A stretch of DNA of 64,000 bases, from assembly GCA_039029395.1 (NCBI GenBank), contig JBCCGG010000001.1, positions 26,974 through 90,973 on the forward strand, written 5' to 3'. The stretch is from Pseudomonadota bacterium. Lineage in GTDB: Bacteria; Pseudomonadota; Alphaproteobacteria; Kiloniellales; JAKSDN01. The position numbers were made by a program, and so were the translations under genes. Positions 50,304 to 61,406 of this stretch are shown piece by piece. Each line of letters starts with the position of its first letter. The first letter of the stretch is position 1. The notes beneath the pieces were generated by a model. The model ran no database searches. It was not told the DNA's origin and worked only from the letters and a program-made list of their open reading frames with translations.

Positions 50304-51039
50304 TTATTGGGCGGTACAGGTCCAACCAAGCGCTTCAGCGGCGAGCTGCGCTTGTGCCTTGAAAGGCTCCGTGGCGTAGAGCGCGAGCTGATAGGGTAGC
50401 GCGACCATCTTTGCGATGGGACCCAAGAACCCGTTTGGCGGGGCCGACCAGGTGACGAGCTGACGGCCATGGGCGAAAAGCTCGATCGCACCAAGTAGCT
50501 GTTCGTGATTGAGCGCTTGGACGACGGCGCCGACGCTGGTCCACACCTCGCGCGGGTCTTTGAACGGATCGACCAGCATCAGCAGGCCTATCGGAGCGCA
50601 TTTCTCGATCAATGTTGGCAGCTGCTCCGCCCTGTGGGCCAGGCTAACCGATTCCGCGTGCCTTTCAGCTTCTATTTGGGCATCGAGCTGCCGGCGTGTC
50701 TCGGTGTTTTTTTTAGGCCAAGTATGTATGGGTCGGGCACAGGAGATCCAGGGCGAGCCCGGCCGAGCAACGGTAGACTACTTGATCCAAGTAGCATTGC
50801 TCGATCTCGCGATAGGTCCGGTAGGCGGCGAACGACCGACACAGTTCGGAAACATCGCAATGCCACCTCTCCAGGTTCGTGGGTGGTGCCTGCAGCAGAT
50901 AGGCGTGGGTGTCCACGTAATAGGAACCGCTGGCGGCGCTGGCCTTGAGAGCCAGAGCAAGCTGGACCAATGCGCCGTGTTTCAAGATGTCGCCGCGGTT
51001 GCCGACATTCCCAGCTTGAATGTTCATGAGACGCCGCAC
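50304..51039 (-). pseudogene. rlmJ: 23S rRNA m6A2030 methyltransferase RlmJ homologue split by a frameshift
   Basis: The upstream ORF MNIQAGNVGNRGDILKHGALV...YVDTHA resembles the RlmJ N-terminus (HAGNxADVLKH...LDTHAG pattern). A second ORF in a different frame continues the C-terminus. The frame switch lies between about 50612 and 50713. Confidence 0.5.
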
Positions 51040-51101
51040 CGGAGAAAGAAATGCCGGCGCAGATCTTAGCAGATCGCGAATTGAGTTTGTGGCGGCAGAC
51101 C

Positions 51102-53081
51102 CTACTGCCCCGTCGCCTCGGCTTGCTGCTCCTTCAGGCGGTGCCGGTAAACCACGATGGTCTCCTGGATGCGCTGGACATAGTTCCGGGTCTCTTCGAT
51201 CGGGATACGTTCGATCCAGTCGACTTCGGCGATCTGGCCTTTGCGCGGGTCGCCGTAGGCCTTGAGCCAGCGGTCGACCCGGCCGGGCCCGGCATTGTAG
51301 GCGGCCAGGGCGAGATACAGCGCACCGTCATAGCGGGCGATCATCTCGGCCAAGTAGGCCCGGCCGAGGCGCAGGTTGTAGTCCGGCTCCTCAATCAGCT
51401 TCGCGCGTTTGTACTTTAGTCCAAGGCCCTTGGAGACCTCCTTGGCGGTTGCCGGCATAAGCTGCATCAGGCCGCGCGCGCCGGCCCGGCTGATGGCCCT
51501 GGGGTAGAACGCGCTCTCCTGGCGGATCACCGCGTGCACCAGGGCATCCTCCAGGGGTCCGGTGGAGCCGAGCGGGATGGTCGGATAGAGCGCCGTCAGC
51601 AAGGTGCGGCCCGCGCGCCGGGCGTCCTTGGCGGTGCGCAGGGCTATGTCCTGGCGACCGACCTCTCGGGCCAAGGCCTCGACCAGGTCGTGGTCGTTGG
51701 CGGTGGCGCTCGCCTTGCGCAGATGGTGCAGGAAGAGCGCCTGGGTCTTGGTCTGTTGCAGCTCGCCAAGCAGGCGCACGGCCCGCACCAGCTCGCGCTG
51801 GTCGAAGTGGGCCTGACGCGCGGCCGCCACGGGCGGCGTCGCGAAGGCGGCGAAGCGCGGCGCGCGGCCCAAGCGCTCGGCCGCAAGCTGGCCATAAAAG
51901 GTGGTGGCATGGGCGGCGGCCCGTTTGTGCCACCAGGCGGCCGTGTCCGCGTCGCCCTGGGCGGCGGCCGCTTCCCCAGCCCAGAAGGCGCCCCGGGCCA
52001 GGCTGATCGGGCTGCCGACGTTGTCATGCAGGCGCTTAAAGTGGGGCAGGGCGCGCACCGGATCGTTCAGGAAGCTGAGCGCGGTCCAGCCGGCGAGCCA
52101 CTCGCCTTCGGCAAAGCCGACGCCGCGGGACATGCCATTGGCGGCGGCGACCCGATAGGCGACCTCGTAGTCGCCGCGGTCGATCGCCCGGCGTATGGCC
52201 CAGCGGCGCAGAGGCCACCAGCGCGCCGGCTCGGCAATCTCGATCGGCGGCGGATCGATTAGCTCGAGGACGCCGTCATAGCGTCGCTTGCGCTGGCGCC
52301 ATCGGGCGCGCTCGTAGAACAGGCCCGGATCGTCCTTGAGGCTGGCCGGGACCTTGTTGATCGCACTGTCGACCCCGCCGCGCCGCATCGCCAGGCGCAG
52401 GCGCGCCTCAGCCAGCTGGGGATAGCCCTTACCTATGCGCGCCGCCTGGCGCCGGGCGGCGGTAGTCTTGGTCGCGCGCAGCAAGCGCTCCAGGCGGGCG
52501 ATCTCATGGGCCTCGGTCAGATGGGTCCCGTAGAGCTTGCGGAAGGCCCGCTCGTCGGCTGCCTTGAAGTCCAGCTTGACCCAGAGCTTGGGCACCAGGC
52601 GAGCCAGGCGCGCCGTGTTGCCGGTGCGGGCGACCGCCGCGGCGTAAGCCAGGCCGCCGCGCCCGGTGATCGGCGGGTGGCTCTGAAACCAGCTCAAAAC
52701 CTCCGGGTCGGGCAGATCGTCGGGCAGGACCCGCTCGGCGCGCAGGGCAAGCGTGCCTTGGCGCGGCCAGTCCGGGTTCTGCTCAACGAAGGCGCGGACC
52801 TCGGCGAAATCGCCGGTCTTGGCATCTCGTGCCAGGGCGCGCCAGGTGAGCAGCTTGACCAGAATGGGGTCGCCGGCTTTTTTCGCCAGCGTGCGCCCGG
52901 TCTTCCAGGCGCCGGCATCCATCGCCTTGAAGGCAGCCAAGCCGGCCGCCCGGTCCTGGGCCGAGAGCTGGTTGGCACCCGCCGGCCAGGCGGCAAGGCA
53001 AATGCACGCAAAAGCAAGGGCTCTCAAAAGGGGCAACCGGAAAGCCTCCCAATCGTTCAGGCGGCGCCAGAATCGGCACAT
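51102..53081 (-). CDS. slt: soluble lytic murein transglycosylase (Slt70 family)
   Basis: A signal peptide is followed by a superhelical repeat region and then the C-terminal catalytic motif AVIRQESAF...GLMQLMPATA. Confidence 0.85.
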   Translation of the reverse strand: MCRFWRRLNDWEAFRLPLLRALAFACICLAAWPAGANQLSAQDRAAGLAAFKAMDAGAWKTGRTLAKKAGDPILVKLLTWRALARDAKTGDFAEVRAFVEQNPDWPRQGTLALRAERVLPDDLPDPEVLSWFQSHPPITGRGGLAYAAAVARTGNTARLARLVPKLWVKLDFKAADERAFRKLYGTHLTEAHEIARLERLLRATKTTAARRQAARIGKGYPQLAEARLRLAMRRGGVDSAINKVPASLKDDPGLFYERARWRQRKRRYDGVLELIDPPPIEIAEPARWWPLRRWAIRRAIDRGDYEVAYRVAAANGMSRGVGFAEGEWLAGWTALSFLNDPVRALPHFKRLHDNVGSPISLARGAFWAGEAAAAQGDADTAAWWHKRAAAHATTFYGQLAAERLGRAPRFAAFATPPVAAARQAHFDQRELVRAVRLLGELQQTKTQALFLHHLRKASATANDHDLVEALAREVGRQDIALRTAKDARRAGRTLLTALYPTIPLGSTGPLEDALVHAVIRQESAFYPRAISRAGARGLMQLMPATAKEVSKGLGLKYKRAKLIEEPDYNLRLGRAYLAEMIARYDGALYLALAAYNAGPGRVDRWLKAYGDPRKGQIAEVDWIERIPIEETRNYVQRIQETIVVYRHRLKEQQAEATGQ

Positions 53082-53218
53082 CCATCCTAAAGCATAGATT
53101 TAGAGATAAAGTGTTAAGAAGCGAACACGTTCCCTTGAGGCTTCAGCTTGCCGGCCATCGCCCGGGGGGCTATGGTGCGCGAAATTCCTAGACACACAGG
53201 ACGAGACGGGGACACGCC

Positions 53219-54106
53219 ATGTCAGGCCCCATGTTCAAGGGTTCCATTCCCGCGCTGATCACGCCCTTTGCCAACGGCAAGATCGACGAGCAGGCCTTCC
53301 AGGACTTTGTGGAGTGGCAGGTCGAGCAGGGCAGCCACGGCCTTGTGCCCTGCGGCACGACCGGCGAGTCGCCGACCCTGACTCACCAAGAGGACATGCG
53401 GGTGACCGCGCTCTGCGTCGAGGCGGCCGGCGGCCGCGTGCCGGTTATCGCCGGCACCGGTTCCAACTCGACCGACGAGGCGATTTCCCTCTCGCGTGCC
53501 GCCAAGGCGGCGGGCGCCGATGCGGTTCTGGTGGTCACGCCCTATTACAACAAGCCGACCCAGGAGGGCCTCTACCAGCATTACAAGGCGATCCACGATG
53601 CGGTCGATTCGCCGATCGTGATCTACAACATTCCCGGTCGCTGCATCGTCGATATGTCGGTTGCGACCATGGCGCGCCTGGCCGAGCTGCCCAACATCGT
53701 CGGCGTCAAGGATGCCACCGCCGACCTGGCGCGCCCGGCCCAGACACGCCGCGAGATCGGCCCTGGCTTCTCCCAGCTCTCGGGCGAGGACGCGACCGTC
53801 GTCGCCTTCTTGGCCCAGGGCGGCCACGGCTGCATCTCGGTCACCGCCAACGTCGCGCCACGGCTTTGCGCCGAATTGCACAACGCTTGGCAGGCCGGCG
53901 ACCTGGCGACCGTCCAGGACATCAACGAACGGCTCATGCCGCTCCACGAAGCGCTTTTCATTGAGAGCAGCCCGGCCCCAGTCAAGTATGCCGCCAATGT
54001 GCTCGGCAAGTGCACAAACCGCTTGCGCCTGCCCATGGTGCCAGCCAGCGAGAAGGCCGAGGCCGCGGTCAAGGCCGCGATGACCCACGCCGGCCTGATC
54101 AATTGA
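53219..54106 (+). CDS. dapA: 4-hydroxy-tetrahydrodipicolinate synthase
   Basis: [15 protein letters not shown] and YNIPGR are present, with the catalytic Lys in the GVKDATAD region. Confidence 0.9.
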   Translation: MSGPMFKGSIPALITPFANGKIDEQAFQDFVEWQVEQGSHGLVPCGTTGESPTLTHQEDMRVTALCVEAAGGRVPVIAGTGSNSTDEAISLSRAAKAAGADAVLVVTPYYNKPTQEGLYQHYKAIHDAVDSPIVIYNIPGRCIVDMSVATMARLAELPNIVGVKDATADLARPAQTRREIGPGFSQLSGEDATVVAFLAQGGHGCISVTANVAPRLCAELHNAWQAGDLATVQDINERLMPLHEALFIESSPAPVKYAANVLGKCTNRLRLPMVPASEKAEAAVKAAMTHAGLIN

Positions 54107-54129
54107 CCTAATGGCGAAACAGATGGCGG

Positions 54130-54594
54130 ATGGCTGAGGGCGAAAGAAAACTCGTCGTCCAGAACCGCAAGGCGCGCCACAACTACTTCATTGAGGATCG
54201 CATCGAGGCCGGCTTGGTCCTCACGGGAACCGAGGTGAAGTCGCTGCGCCAGGGGCGGGGGTCGATCGTCGAAGCCTATGCCGACGATCAAAAGGGCGAG
54301 CTCTATCTGACAAATGCGCAGATTCCGGTCTACGAGGCGGCCAACCGCTTCAACCATGCGCCCAAGCGGCCGCGCAAGCTGCTGTTGCACCGGCGCGAGC
54401 TGAACCGGCTGATCGGCCTGATCCGGCGCTCGGGCTACACCCTGGTTCCGCTCAGCCTCTACTTCAATGCGCGCGGCATTGCCAAAGTCGAGCTCGGCCT
54501 GGCACGTGGCAAACACAAACAGGACAAGCGCCAGGACAAAAAGAAGCAGGACTGGCAGCGCGACAAGGCGCGGCTCATGCGCGAGCGGGGCTAG
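54130..54594 (+). CDS. smpB: SsrA-binding protein
   Basis: VVQNRKARHNYFIEDRIEAGLVLTGTEVKSLR is near-invariant SmpB sequence. Confidence 0.9.
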   Translation: MAEGERKLVVQNRKARHNYFIEDRIEAGLVLTGTEVKSLRQGRGSIVEAYADDQKGELYLTNAQIPVYEAANRFNHAPKRPRKLLLHRRELNRLIGLIRRSGYTLVPLSLYFNARGIAKVELGLARGKHKQDKRQDKKKQDWQRDKARLMRERG

Positions 54595-55256
54595 TTTAGG
54601 CGTTCACGCAGGGCGCCCACCACCGCCTCGAACATTTCGGTCGTCAGCCGCCCGGTATTGGTGTTGTAGCGCGAGCAGTGGTAGCTGTCGGCCAGTAGAA
54701 GCCCGTCGGGCAGCGCATGTTGGGCGCCGTGAGCGAACTTGTAGTGGGCCTTCTTGAGGCCGCGCGCGCTCAAGACCGCGCCATGAGCGATCGTGCCAAG
54801 GGCAAGCACGGCGCGCAAGTTCGGCAACGCGGCCAGCTCGGCGATCAGGTAGTCCTGGCAGGTCCTGATCTCCTCGGTCAGCGGCTTGTTCTCCGGCGGC
54901 ACGCAGCGCACCGCGTTGGTCAGCCGACAGTCGACCAGGGCAAGGCCGTCGTCGGGCCGCTTGTCGTAGCAGCCCTCGGCGAAGCCGAACTTGGTCAGTG
55001 TGGCATAGAGCAGGTCGCCGGCATAGTCTCCGGTAAAGGGCCGGCCGGTCCGATTGGCGCCCTTGACGCCCGGCGCCAGCCCGACCACGAGCAAGCGCGC
55101 CGCCGGATCCCCGAAGGAGGGCACCGGCGCGTTGAAGAAGTCAGGGAAGGCGTTTTGGTTCTGGGCTCGGTAGTCGGCCAGGCGCGGACAACGCGGACAA
55201 TCATGCGAAGGCGCGCGGCCCAAATCCGCGCACCCTGCACTTTCCGCTATTGTCAC
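54591..55256 (-). CDS. uracil-DNA glycosylase superfamily protein (family 4/5 type)
   Basis: The ORF has an N-terminal Cys cluster, the GLAPG motif, and a C-terminal HCSRYN-type motif. Confidence 0.75.
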   Translation of the reverse strand: MTIAESAGCADLGRAPSHDCPRCPRLADYRAQNQNAFPDFFNAPVPSFGDPAARLLVVGLAPGVKGANRTGRPFTGDYAGDLLYATLTKFGFAEGCYDKRPDDGLALVDCRLTNAVRCVPPENKPLTEEIRTCQDYLIAELAALPNLRAVLALGTIAHGAVLSARGLKKAHYKFAHGAQHALPDGLLLADSYHCSRYNTNTGRLTTEMFEAVVGALRERLN

Positions 55257-55271
55257 GGGCGCGCCGCGGCG

Positions 55272-55919
55272 TCAGGCCGATTCGGCCTCGTAGTATTCCT
55301 CGTCGTCGTCCTCGAAGTCGTCATCCTCGTCGTCGTCGTCATCGCGCATGTCGTCGCGGTGAACCCGAGAGCGGGGATGATCGGCCGGTAGGGCGCGCTC
55401 TATGTCGCCCTTGAGCTCGACCAGATCGACAAAGGCGTCGGCCTGGCGTCGCAGCTCGTCGGCGACCATCGAGGGCTGGGAGCGCACGGTCGATACGACC
55501 GTCACGCGCAGGCCCTTGCGCTGGACCGCCTCGACCAGACGCCGGAAGTCGCCGTCGCCCGAGAACAGCACGATATGATCGAGGCAATTCATCATCTCCA
55601 TGACATCGATTGCCAGCTCGATGTCCATGTTGCCTTTGATCTTGCGCCGGCCGGTTGCCGTATCGGTGAACTCCTTGGTCGGCTTGGTGACCATGGTATA
55701 GCCATTGTAGTCAAGCCAATCGATCAAGGGCCGAATCGGCGAATATTCCTGATCCTCCACGAGTGCGGTGTAGTAGAAAGCCCGCACCAGACGTCCCTGC
55801 TTCGTGAAGAGTTCGAGCAACCGCTTGTAATCGATATCGAATCCCAAAGCACGCGCGGTCGCGTAGAGATTAGCTCCATCGATGAAGAGGCCGATCCGTT
55901 CCTGGGGGTAGAAGTTCAT
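55272..55919 (-). CDS. NYN (LabA-like) domain protein with an acidic C-terminal tail
   Basis: GLFIDGANLY and FSGDGDF are NYN/PIN-like motifs. The Asp/Glu-rich tail is distinctive. Confidence 0.7.
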   Translation of the reverse strand: MNFYPQERIGLFIDGANLYATARALGFDIDYKRLLELFTKQGRLVRAFYYTALVEDQEYSPIRPLIDWLDYNGYTMVTKPTKEFTDTATGRRKIKGNMDIELAIDVMEMMNCLDHIVLFSGDGDFRRLVEAVQRKGLRVTVVSTVRSQPSMVADELRRQADAFVDLVELKGDIERALPADHPRSRVHRDDMRDDDDDEDDDFEDDDEEYYEAESA

Positions 55920-56086
55920 CTTTACCCTTTCTGTCCATATTCTTATCTATTAGACCCAAGCCAACTCTGGGCGGTGCCTTGCAATGAAAGGCGTGAAATC
56001 TGCGCACAAGATGCCGGCAGGCTCAAGTTAACTCGGAAATTTAGTGTTTTCCGCTCCTGCCGCAAGAGAAGATCACGAAAAGGTAC

Positions 56087-56587
56087 ATGCTTGTGATCCT
56101 TATAGCTATCGGTGCCAATCTATCACATCCTGTGCATGGGCCGCCACTAGCCACTTGCCATGCAGCCGTTTCTACTCTCGATGCGCATAACATTTCAATA
56201 ATAAAGTGCTCGAAATGGTATGAATCGGCCCCGGTTCCGGCCTCGGACCAGCCCTGGTACGTGAATGGCGTGGTGCAGGTCGAGAGCGCGCTGACTCCGA
56301 GCAAGCTCATGGCATTGCTACATGAGATCGAGGCCGCTTTCGGCCGCGAGCGGGCCGAGGCCAATGCCGCCCGGGTTCTGGACTTGGATCTCCTGGCCTA
56401 CGGCGATCTGGTGTCAGAACCCGGAGGTTGGCCGATCTTGCCCCATCCGCGCCTTGCCGAGCGGGCCTTCGTGGTGCTGCCCCTGGCCGAGATTGCGCCC
56501 GATTGGTGCCACCCGACCCTTCACCGCAGCGCACGGGCGCTCGCCGCCGATCTGCCGGATGACCAGTCGATTCGGGCTCTATCCTAG
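56087..56587 (+). CDS. folK: 2-amino-4-hydroxy-6-hydroxymethyldihydropteridine pyrophosphokinase
   Basis: VLIAIGANL and [12 protein letters not shown] match the HPPK fold. Confidence 0.8.
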   Translation: MLVILIAIGANLSHPVHGPPLATCHAAVSTLDAHNISIIKCSKWYESAPVPASDQPWYVNGVVQVESALTPSKLMALLHEIEAAFGRERAEANAARVLDLDLLAYGDLVSEPGGWPILPHPRLAERAFVVLPLAEIAPDWCHPTLHRSARALAADLPDDQSIRALS

Positions 56588-56697
56588 GCAATCCGCCGAA
56601 TCTTTGGGGGTTTGGCCTTGCTTTGCCGGCGGTCGGTGCCTATATTCCGGCCCGTCCTCAAGAGAACAATTCGTCAACTTCCCGGAGTTTCCGCCCC

Positions 56698-57216
56698 ATG
56701 GCGCGCGTGACCGTCGAAGACTGCGTCCTCAAGATCCCGAACCGCTTTGATCTCGTGATGCTGGCCGCCCAGCGGGCCCGCAACATCGCGTCGGGCGCGC
56801 CCCTGACCGTCGAGAAAGACAACGACAAGAGCCCGGTGGTCGCGCTGAGAGAGATCGCCGAGGAGACGATCGATCTGGAGGATCTCGGCGAGAACCTAGT
56901 CAAGGGTCTGCAAAAGCACGTCGAGAACGACGAGCCAGAGGAGGATCTGCCGGAGCTAGACCTCTCGGAGTTGACCAGCCAGGTAGCCGAAGCCGATGGC
57001 GAAGGCGCGGCAGCTGCCGCCGTGGTCGCCGATGCTCTGGCACCGAGCGAGCCGGCAGAGGCGCCAAGCGGCACGGACCAGGCGGATCCCGTGCCGGAAG
57101 TGACACCCGACGACACCGACGAGCTGCTGGCCCAGGTCGATCCGGGCGAACTCATGGGCGTCAGTGACGATCAGCCCGAGGCGCCGGCTGAGGAGTCGGA
57201 CGAGCCCCAGTCCTAA
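56698..57216 (+). CDS. rpoZ: DNA-directed RNA polymerase subunit omega with an extended acidic C-terminus
   Basis: [31 protein letters not shown] is canonical omega. Confidence 0.85.
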   Translation: MARVTVEDCVLKIPNRFDLVMLAAQRARNIASGAPLTVEKDNDKSPVVALREIAEETIDLEDLGENLVKGLQKHVENDEPEEDLPELDLSELTSQVAEADGEGAAAAAVVADALAPSEPAEAPSGTDQADPVPEVTPDDTDELLAQVDPGELMGVSDDQPEAPAEESDEPQS

Positions 57217-57327
57217 GGCGCTGAGCCAAAGCATCTTTTAAGCCGCCAGGTCTCTTGGCGGCAAAGGTTGCGATGCGTATGCTGAGGCGAGGAGTGCGCA
57301 AGCGCAGGCTCGCCGTGGTGACGCATC

Positions 57328-59475
57328 ATGATCCGACAGTTCGAGCTGGTCGAACAGGTCAAGGCATACGATCCTAACACCGACGAAGACGCGGTTAACC
57401 GCGCCTACGTCTATGCCATGAAGATGCACGGATCGCAGAAGCGTGCCTCGGGCGATCCCTATTTCTCCCACCCGATCGAAGTGGCCGGCATTCTAACCGA
57501 CCTGAAGCTCGATCATAATTCGATCATCACCGCCCTGCTGCACGACGTGGTCGAGGATACCGAAGGCACGCTCGCGGACGTCGAGCGCATGTTTGGCCCC
57601 GAGATTGGCCGACTGGTCGACGGCGTCACCAAGCTGTCCCAAATCGAGCTGCAGTCGGAGCAGAGCAAGCACGCCGAGAACTTTCGCAAGCTCGTGTTGG
57701 CGATGTCCGAGGACATCCGCGTGCTCTTGGTCAAGCTGGCTGACCGCCTGCACAACATGCGCACCCTGGGTTTCATCAAGTCGGCCGACAAGCGCCGGCG
57801 CATCGCGCGCGAGACCATGGATATCTACGCGCCGCTGGCCGAGCGCATCGGCATGCAGCGTTTCAAGGACGAGCTTGAGGACCTGGCTTTCGTTCAGCTC
57901 AACCCCGATGCCAGGGAATCGATCCAGAAGCGCCTGGAGCAGCTCCAGAGCGGCAACGAGGATCTTACCCCCAAGGTGGTCGCGGAGCTTGAGCAGGCGC
58001 TCAAGGAAGAGGGCATAGAGTCCAAGATCTCGGGCCGGATCAAGTCGCCCTACTCGATCTGGCGCAAGATGCAGCGCCGCAACGTCGGCTTCGAGCAACT
58101 GGCCGACTTGATCGCCTTCCGGGTCGTGGTCGCCGACGTGCACGACTGCTACCGGGCGCTCGGCGTGATGCACAGCCGCTATCCGGTGGTGCCGGGCCGC
58201 TTCAAGGACTACATCTCGACACCCAAGCTGAACGGCTACCGCTCGCTCCACACCTGCGTGATCGGCCCTCAGCGCCAGCGCATCGAGGTGCAGATCCGGA
58301 CCCAGGAAATGCACGATGTGGCCGAGGTCGGCGTCGCCGCCCATTGGCGCTACAAGCAGGCTGCCCAGCAGGTCGACGGAAGGCAGTACCGCTGGCTTCG
58401 CGAGCTGCTCGATATCCTCGAGCACGCCTCCAACCCAGAGGAGTTTCTTGAGCATACCAAGCTCGAGATCTACCAGGACCAGGTCTTTTGCTTCACGCCA
58501 AAGGGGGATCTGATCGCCCTGCCGCGCGGCGCGACGCCGGTCGATTTTGCCTATGCGGTCCATTCCGAGGTCGGCGACACCTGCGTCGGTGCCAAGGTCA
58601 ACGGCCGCATGGTGCCCTTGCGCACCCAGCTGAGGAACGGCGACCAGGTCGACATCGTCAACTCGCGGGCGCAAACCCCATCGCCCGATTGGGAAGGCTT
58701 CATCGTTACCGGCAAGGCGAAGTCGCGGATCCGCCGCTTCGTGCGCCTCAAGCAGCGCGAGCAGTACGGCGAGCTCGGCCGGCAGATTCTGCAAAAAGCC
58801 TTTCGTCAGGACGGTCACGACTTCACGGAAAAGGCGCTTGAGAGCAACCTGGGCAAGCTGCACGCCAACAGCGTTGCCGATCTCTACGCCTCGGTCGGCA
58901 TGGGCAACCTCTCGACCCGGGAGGTTTTGGGCGCGGTCTTTCCGGGCCTGAAGGACAAGAAGGGCGAACCGCAAATCCCCATCGCCCGGGCCCGCCCGCG
59001 ACAGACCAAGTCCGGCGCCAAGGAGCATGCGGTCCCGATCAAAGGCCTGATTTCCGGCATGGCCGTGCACTTCGCCCACTGCTGTCATCCCCTGCCGGGT
59101 GACCGAATCGTCGGCATCGTGACCACCGGCAAGGGAGTGACGGTACACACCATCGACTGCGATACCCTGGGCGCCTTCCAGGATACGCCGGAGCGCTGGA
59201 TCGACCTTGCCTGGGAGGTCGAGGGCGACGGCGAGGCGCACCTCGGGCGGATCTTCGTGGTGGTCGCGAACGAACCCGGCAGCCTGGGCTCGCTCTCCAC
59301 CGTCATCGGTAAGAACCAGGGCAACATAAGCAACCTCAAGATCACGAGCCGCTCGGTCGATTTTTTTGAAATGCTGATCGATGTGGAAGTCACCGACGTT
59401 AAGCATCTGACCAACATCATCGCGGCGCTCAGAGCTTCGCCGGTGATCACATCGGTCGAGCGGGCCAGGGCCTGA
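57328..59475 (+). CDS. spoT: bifunctional (p)ppGpp synthetase/hydrolase (Rsh/SpoT)
   Basis: The ORF has the HD hydrolase motif (HDVVEDT), the synthetase RxKD region, and TGS and ACT domains. It is 715 aa. Confidence 0.95.
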   Translation: MIRQFELVEQVKAYDPNTDEDAVNRAYVYAMKMHGSQKRASGDPYFSHPIEVAGILTDLKLDHNSIITALLHDVVEDTEGTLADVERMFGPEIGRLVDGVTKLSQIELQSEQSKHAENFRKLVLAMSEDIRVLLVKLADRLHNMRTLGFIKSADKRRRIARETMDIYAPLAERIGMQRFKDELEDLAFVQLNPDARESIQKRLEQLQSGNEDLTPKVVAELEQALKEEGIESKISGRIKSPYSIWRKMQRRNVGFEQLADLIAFRVVVADVHDCYRALGVMHSRYPVVPGRFKDYISTPKLNGYRSLHTCVIGPQRQRIEVQIRTQEMHDVAEVGVAAHWRYKQAAQQVDGRQYRWLRELLDILEHASNPEEFLEHTKLEIYQDQVFCFTPKGDLIALPRGATPVDFAYAVHSEVGDTCVGAKVNGRMVPLRTQLRNGDQVDIVNSRAQTPSPDWEGFIVTGKAKSRIRRFVRLKQREQYGELGRQILQKAFRQDGHDFTEKALESNLGKLHANSVADLYASVGMGNLSTREVLGAVFPGLKDKKGEPQIPIARARPRQTKSGAKEHAVPIKGLISGMAVHFAHCCHPLPGDRIVGIVTTGKGVTVHTIDCDTLGAFQDTPERWIDLAWEVEGDGEAHLGRIFVVVANEPGSLGSLSTVIGKNQGNISNLKITSRSVDFFEMLIDVEVTDVKHLTNIIAALRASPVITSVERARA

Positions 59476-59491
59476 TCGGCGAGGGGTTGCG

Positions 59492-60142
59492 ATGTTTCGC
59501 CGCCGAATCCCGCTGCCGATCCACCACCGCGTTCGGGAACTTGTTTGGCCGCGCCGAGGCTTCCGCCGGTCCATGGTTTATATCGGCCACCGTCTCGGCC
59601 GTTTGCCCGGCACGCCTTACCGCATAGCTGCCGGCTTCGCCTGCGGCGCAGCGATCTCATTCACGCCCCTGATCGGCCTCCACTTCGTCGGTGCGGCCTT
59701 GCTCTCGCTCCTGATGCGCGCCAACGTGGTCGCCTCGGCGATCGGAACGGCGGTCGGCAACCCTTGGACCTTCCCCTTCATTTGGGCCTGGATCTACGCT
59801 TTGGGCAACTGGATCCTGGGACGCGATAGCTCGGCCTTGCCTTACAACCTCTCCCTGACCTTCATCTTTGACCACTTCTGGGACATTCTTTGGCCGATGC
59901 TGATCGGCGGCATCCCGACCGCGATCGTCGCCTGGTTCATCTTCTTCTATCCGGCCCAATACATGGTCGCCGAGTATCAAGGCGCGCGCCGCCGGCGCAT
60001 CCGGCGCAAGGTCATGAGGCGCCGGGCCGAGGCCATCGCGGCCGAGGCCCGCGGCACGCCTCCGCCCGGCAAGTCGCGCGGCGTTCTGGCTAAGTTCCGG
60101 CGCGCCGGCAAGCATTCCAGTGAGGACAAGGACCAGACATGA
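59492..60142 (+). CDS. DUF2062 family membrane protein
   Basis: The 216-aa polytopic membrane protein has the conserved position of a DUF2062 gene between spoT and acpS. Confidence 0.65.
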   Translation: MFRRRIPLPIHHRVRELVWPRRGFRRSMVYIGHRLGRLPGTPYRIAAGFACGAAISFTPLIGLHFVGAALLSLLMRANVVASAIGTAVGNPWTFPFIWAWIYALGNWILGRDSSALPYNLSLTFIFDHFWDILWPMLIGGIPTAIVAWFIFFYPAQYMVAEYQGARRRRIRRKVMRRRAEAIAAEARGTPPPGKSRGVLAKFRRAGKHSSEDKDQT

Positions 60143-60549
60143 TCATCGGTTTGGGCAACGATTTGATCGACATCCGACGCATCGAGCGCACCCTGGAGCG
60201 CTTTGGCGAGCGTTTCACCCAGCGGGTCTTCACCGAGACCGAGCGCACAAAATCCGACCGGCGGGCCAACCGGGCGGCCAGCTATGCCAAGCGCTTCGCC
60301 GCCAAGGAGGCCTGCGCCAAGGCGCTCGGCACCGGCGTGCCGCGCCGGGGCGTCCATTGGGCGGACATGGGGGTGATCAACCTACCGAGCGGCAAGCCGA
60401 CCATCGCGCTTACCCGGGGCGCGGCCCGGCGCTTGGAGGAGATAACCCCGGATGGAATGGCGGCTCAAGTTGACATCACCCTTACCGACGACTATCCCCT
60501 GGCCCAGGCAATCGTGATCATTTCCGCCGTTCCAGCCCAAAGCGACTGA
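60139..60549 (+). CDS. acpS: holo-[acyl-carrier-protein] synthase
   Basis: [16 protein letters not shown] and [12 protein letters not shown] are canonical AcpS. Confidence 0.9.
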   Translation: MIIGLGNDLIDIRRIERTLERFGERFTQRVFTETERTKSDRRANRAASYAKRFAAKEACAKALGTGVPRRGVHWADMGVINLPSGKPTIALTRGAARRLEEITPDGMAAQVDITLTDDYPLAQAIVIISAVPAQSD

Positions 60550-60650
60550 CCCCCCTAGAGCGGGCTTGCCAGTCTTGCAGCCGGATCGAGGAGGATGGGG
60601 AGGCCTGTGCCCGCCCTGTTGGTGGCCCCATAGAAGGGTTTTGAAGCGCA

Positions 60651-61400
60651 ATGGAAGAGTCGATGGCTAAGAAAAAGGAAGGCGGGCTGGGCGAGGCGCT
60701 GCGCACGATCATCTACGCGGTGATCCTGGCGCTCTTCGTGCGCACATTTGGCTACGAGCCCTTTAGCATCCCTTCGGGCTCGATGATCCCGACCCTGCTG
60801 GTCGGCGACTACCTCTTCGTTTCCAAGTTCGCCTATGGCTACAGCCGCTACTCCCTGCCGTTCAGTCTGCCGCTGTTTTCGGGACGTGTTCTAGGCGAGG
60901 AACCGGTCCAGGGCGACGTGGTGGTCTTCAAGCTGCCCTCGGACAACGAGACCGACTACATCAAGCGGCTGATCGGTTTGCCGGGCGACCGGATTCAGGT
61001 GATCGACAACGTGCTCCACATTAACGGCGAGCCAGTCAAGAAGGAGTACTTGCGCACGGTCGAGCAGGAAGGCTTTCTGGGCTACAAGATCCGCGTGCGC
61101 GAGTACCTGGAGACCCTGCCCAATGGCGTTCAGCACTTGATCTGGGAGCATGAGAGCAAGCCGTCCGAGACCACGCCGGAGTACCTGGTGCCGCCTGAGC
61201 ACTTCTTTTTCATGGGCGACAACCGGGACAGCAGCCAGGACAGTCGGGTGCTCTCCATCGTCGGTTACGTGCCCTATGTGAACCTGGTCGGCAAGGCAGA
61301 GTTCCTGTTCTTCTCGAACGACGGCGCGGCGCCGATTTGGCAAATCTGGCGCTGGCCGACCTCGGTGCGCTGGAGCCGAATTGGCGATTCGATCGATTGA
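60651..61400 (+). CDS. lepB: signal peptidase I
   Basis: It carries the catalytic Ser motif IPSGSMIPTL and catalytic Lys motif YIKRLIGLPGD, plus GDNRDSSQDSR. Confidence 0.9.
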   Translation: MEESMAKKKEGGLGEALRTIIYAVILALFVRTFGYEPFSIPSGSMIPTLLVGDYLFVSKFAYGYSRYSLPFSLPLFSGRVLGEEPVQGDVVVFKLPSDNETDYIKRLIGLPGDRIQVIDNVLHINGEPVKKEYLRTVEQEGFLGYKIRVREYLETLPNGVQHLIWEHESKPSETTPEYLVPPEHFFFMGDNRDSSQDSRVLSIVGYVPYVNLVGKAEFLFFSNDGAAPIWQIWRWPTSVRWSRIGDSID

Positions 61401-61406
61401 TCAAGC

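Noticed and set aside
57493-59574. A 693-aa minus-strand ORF
   Set aside because: It is antisense to spoT/rsh and has a low-complexity translation.
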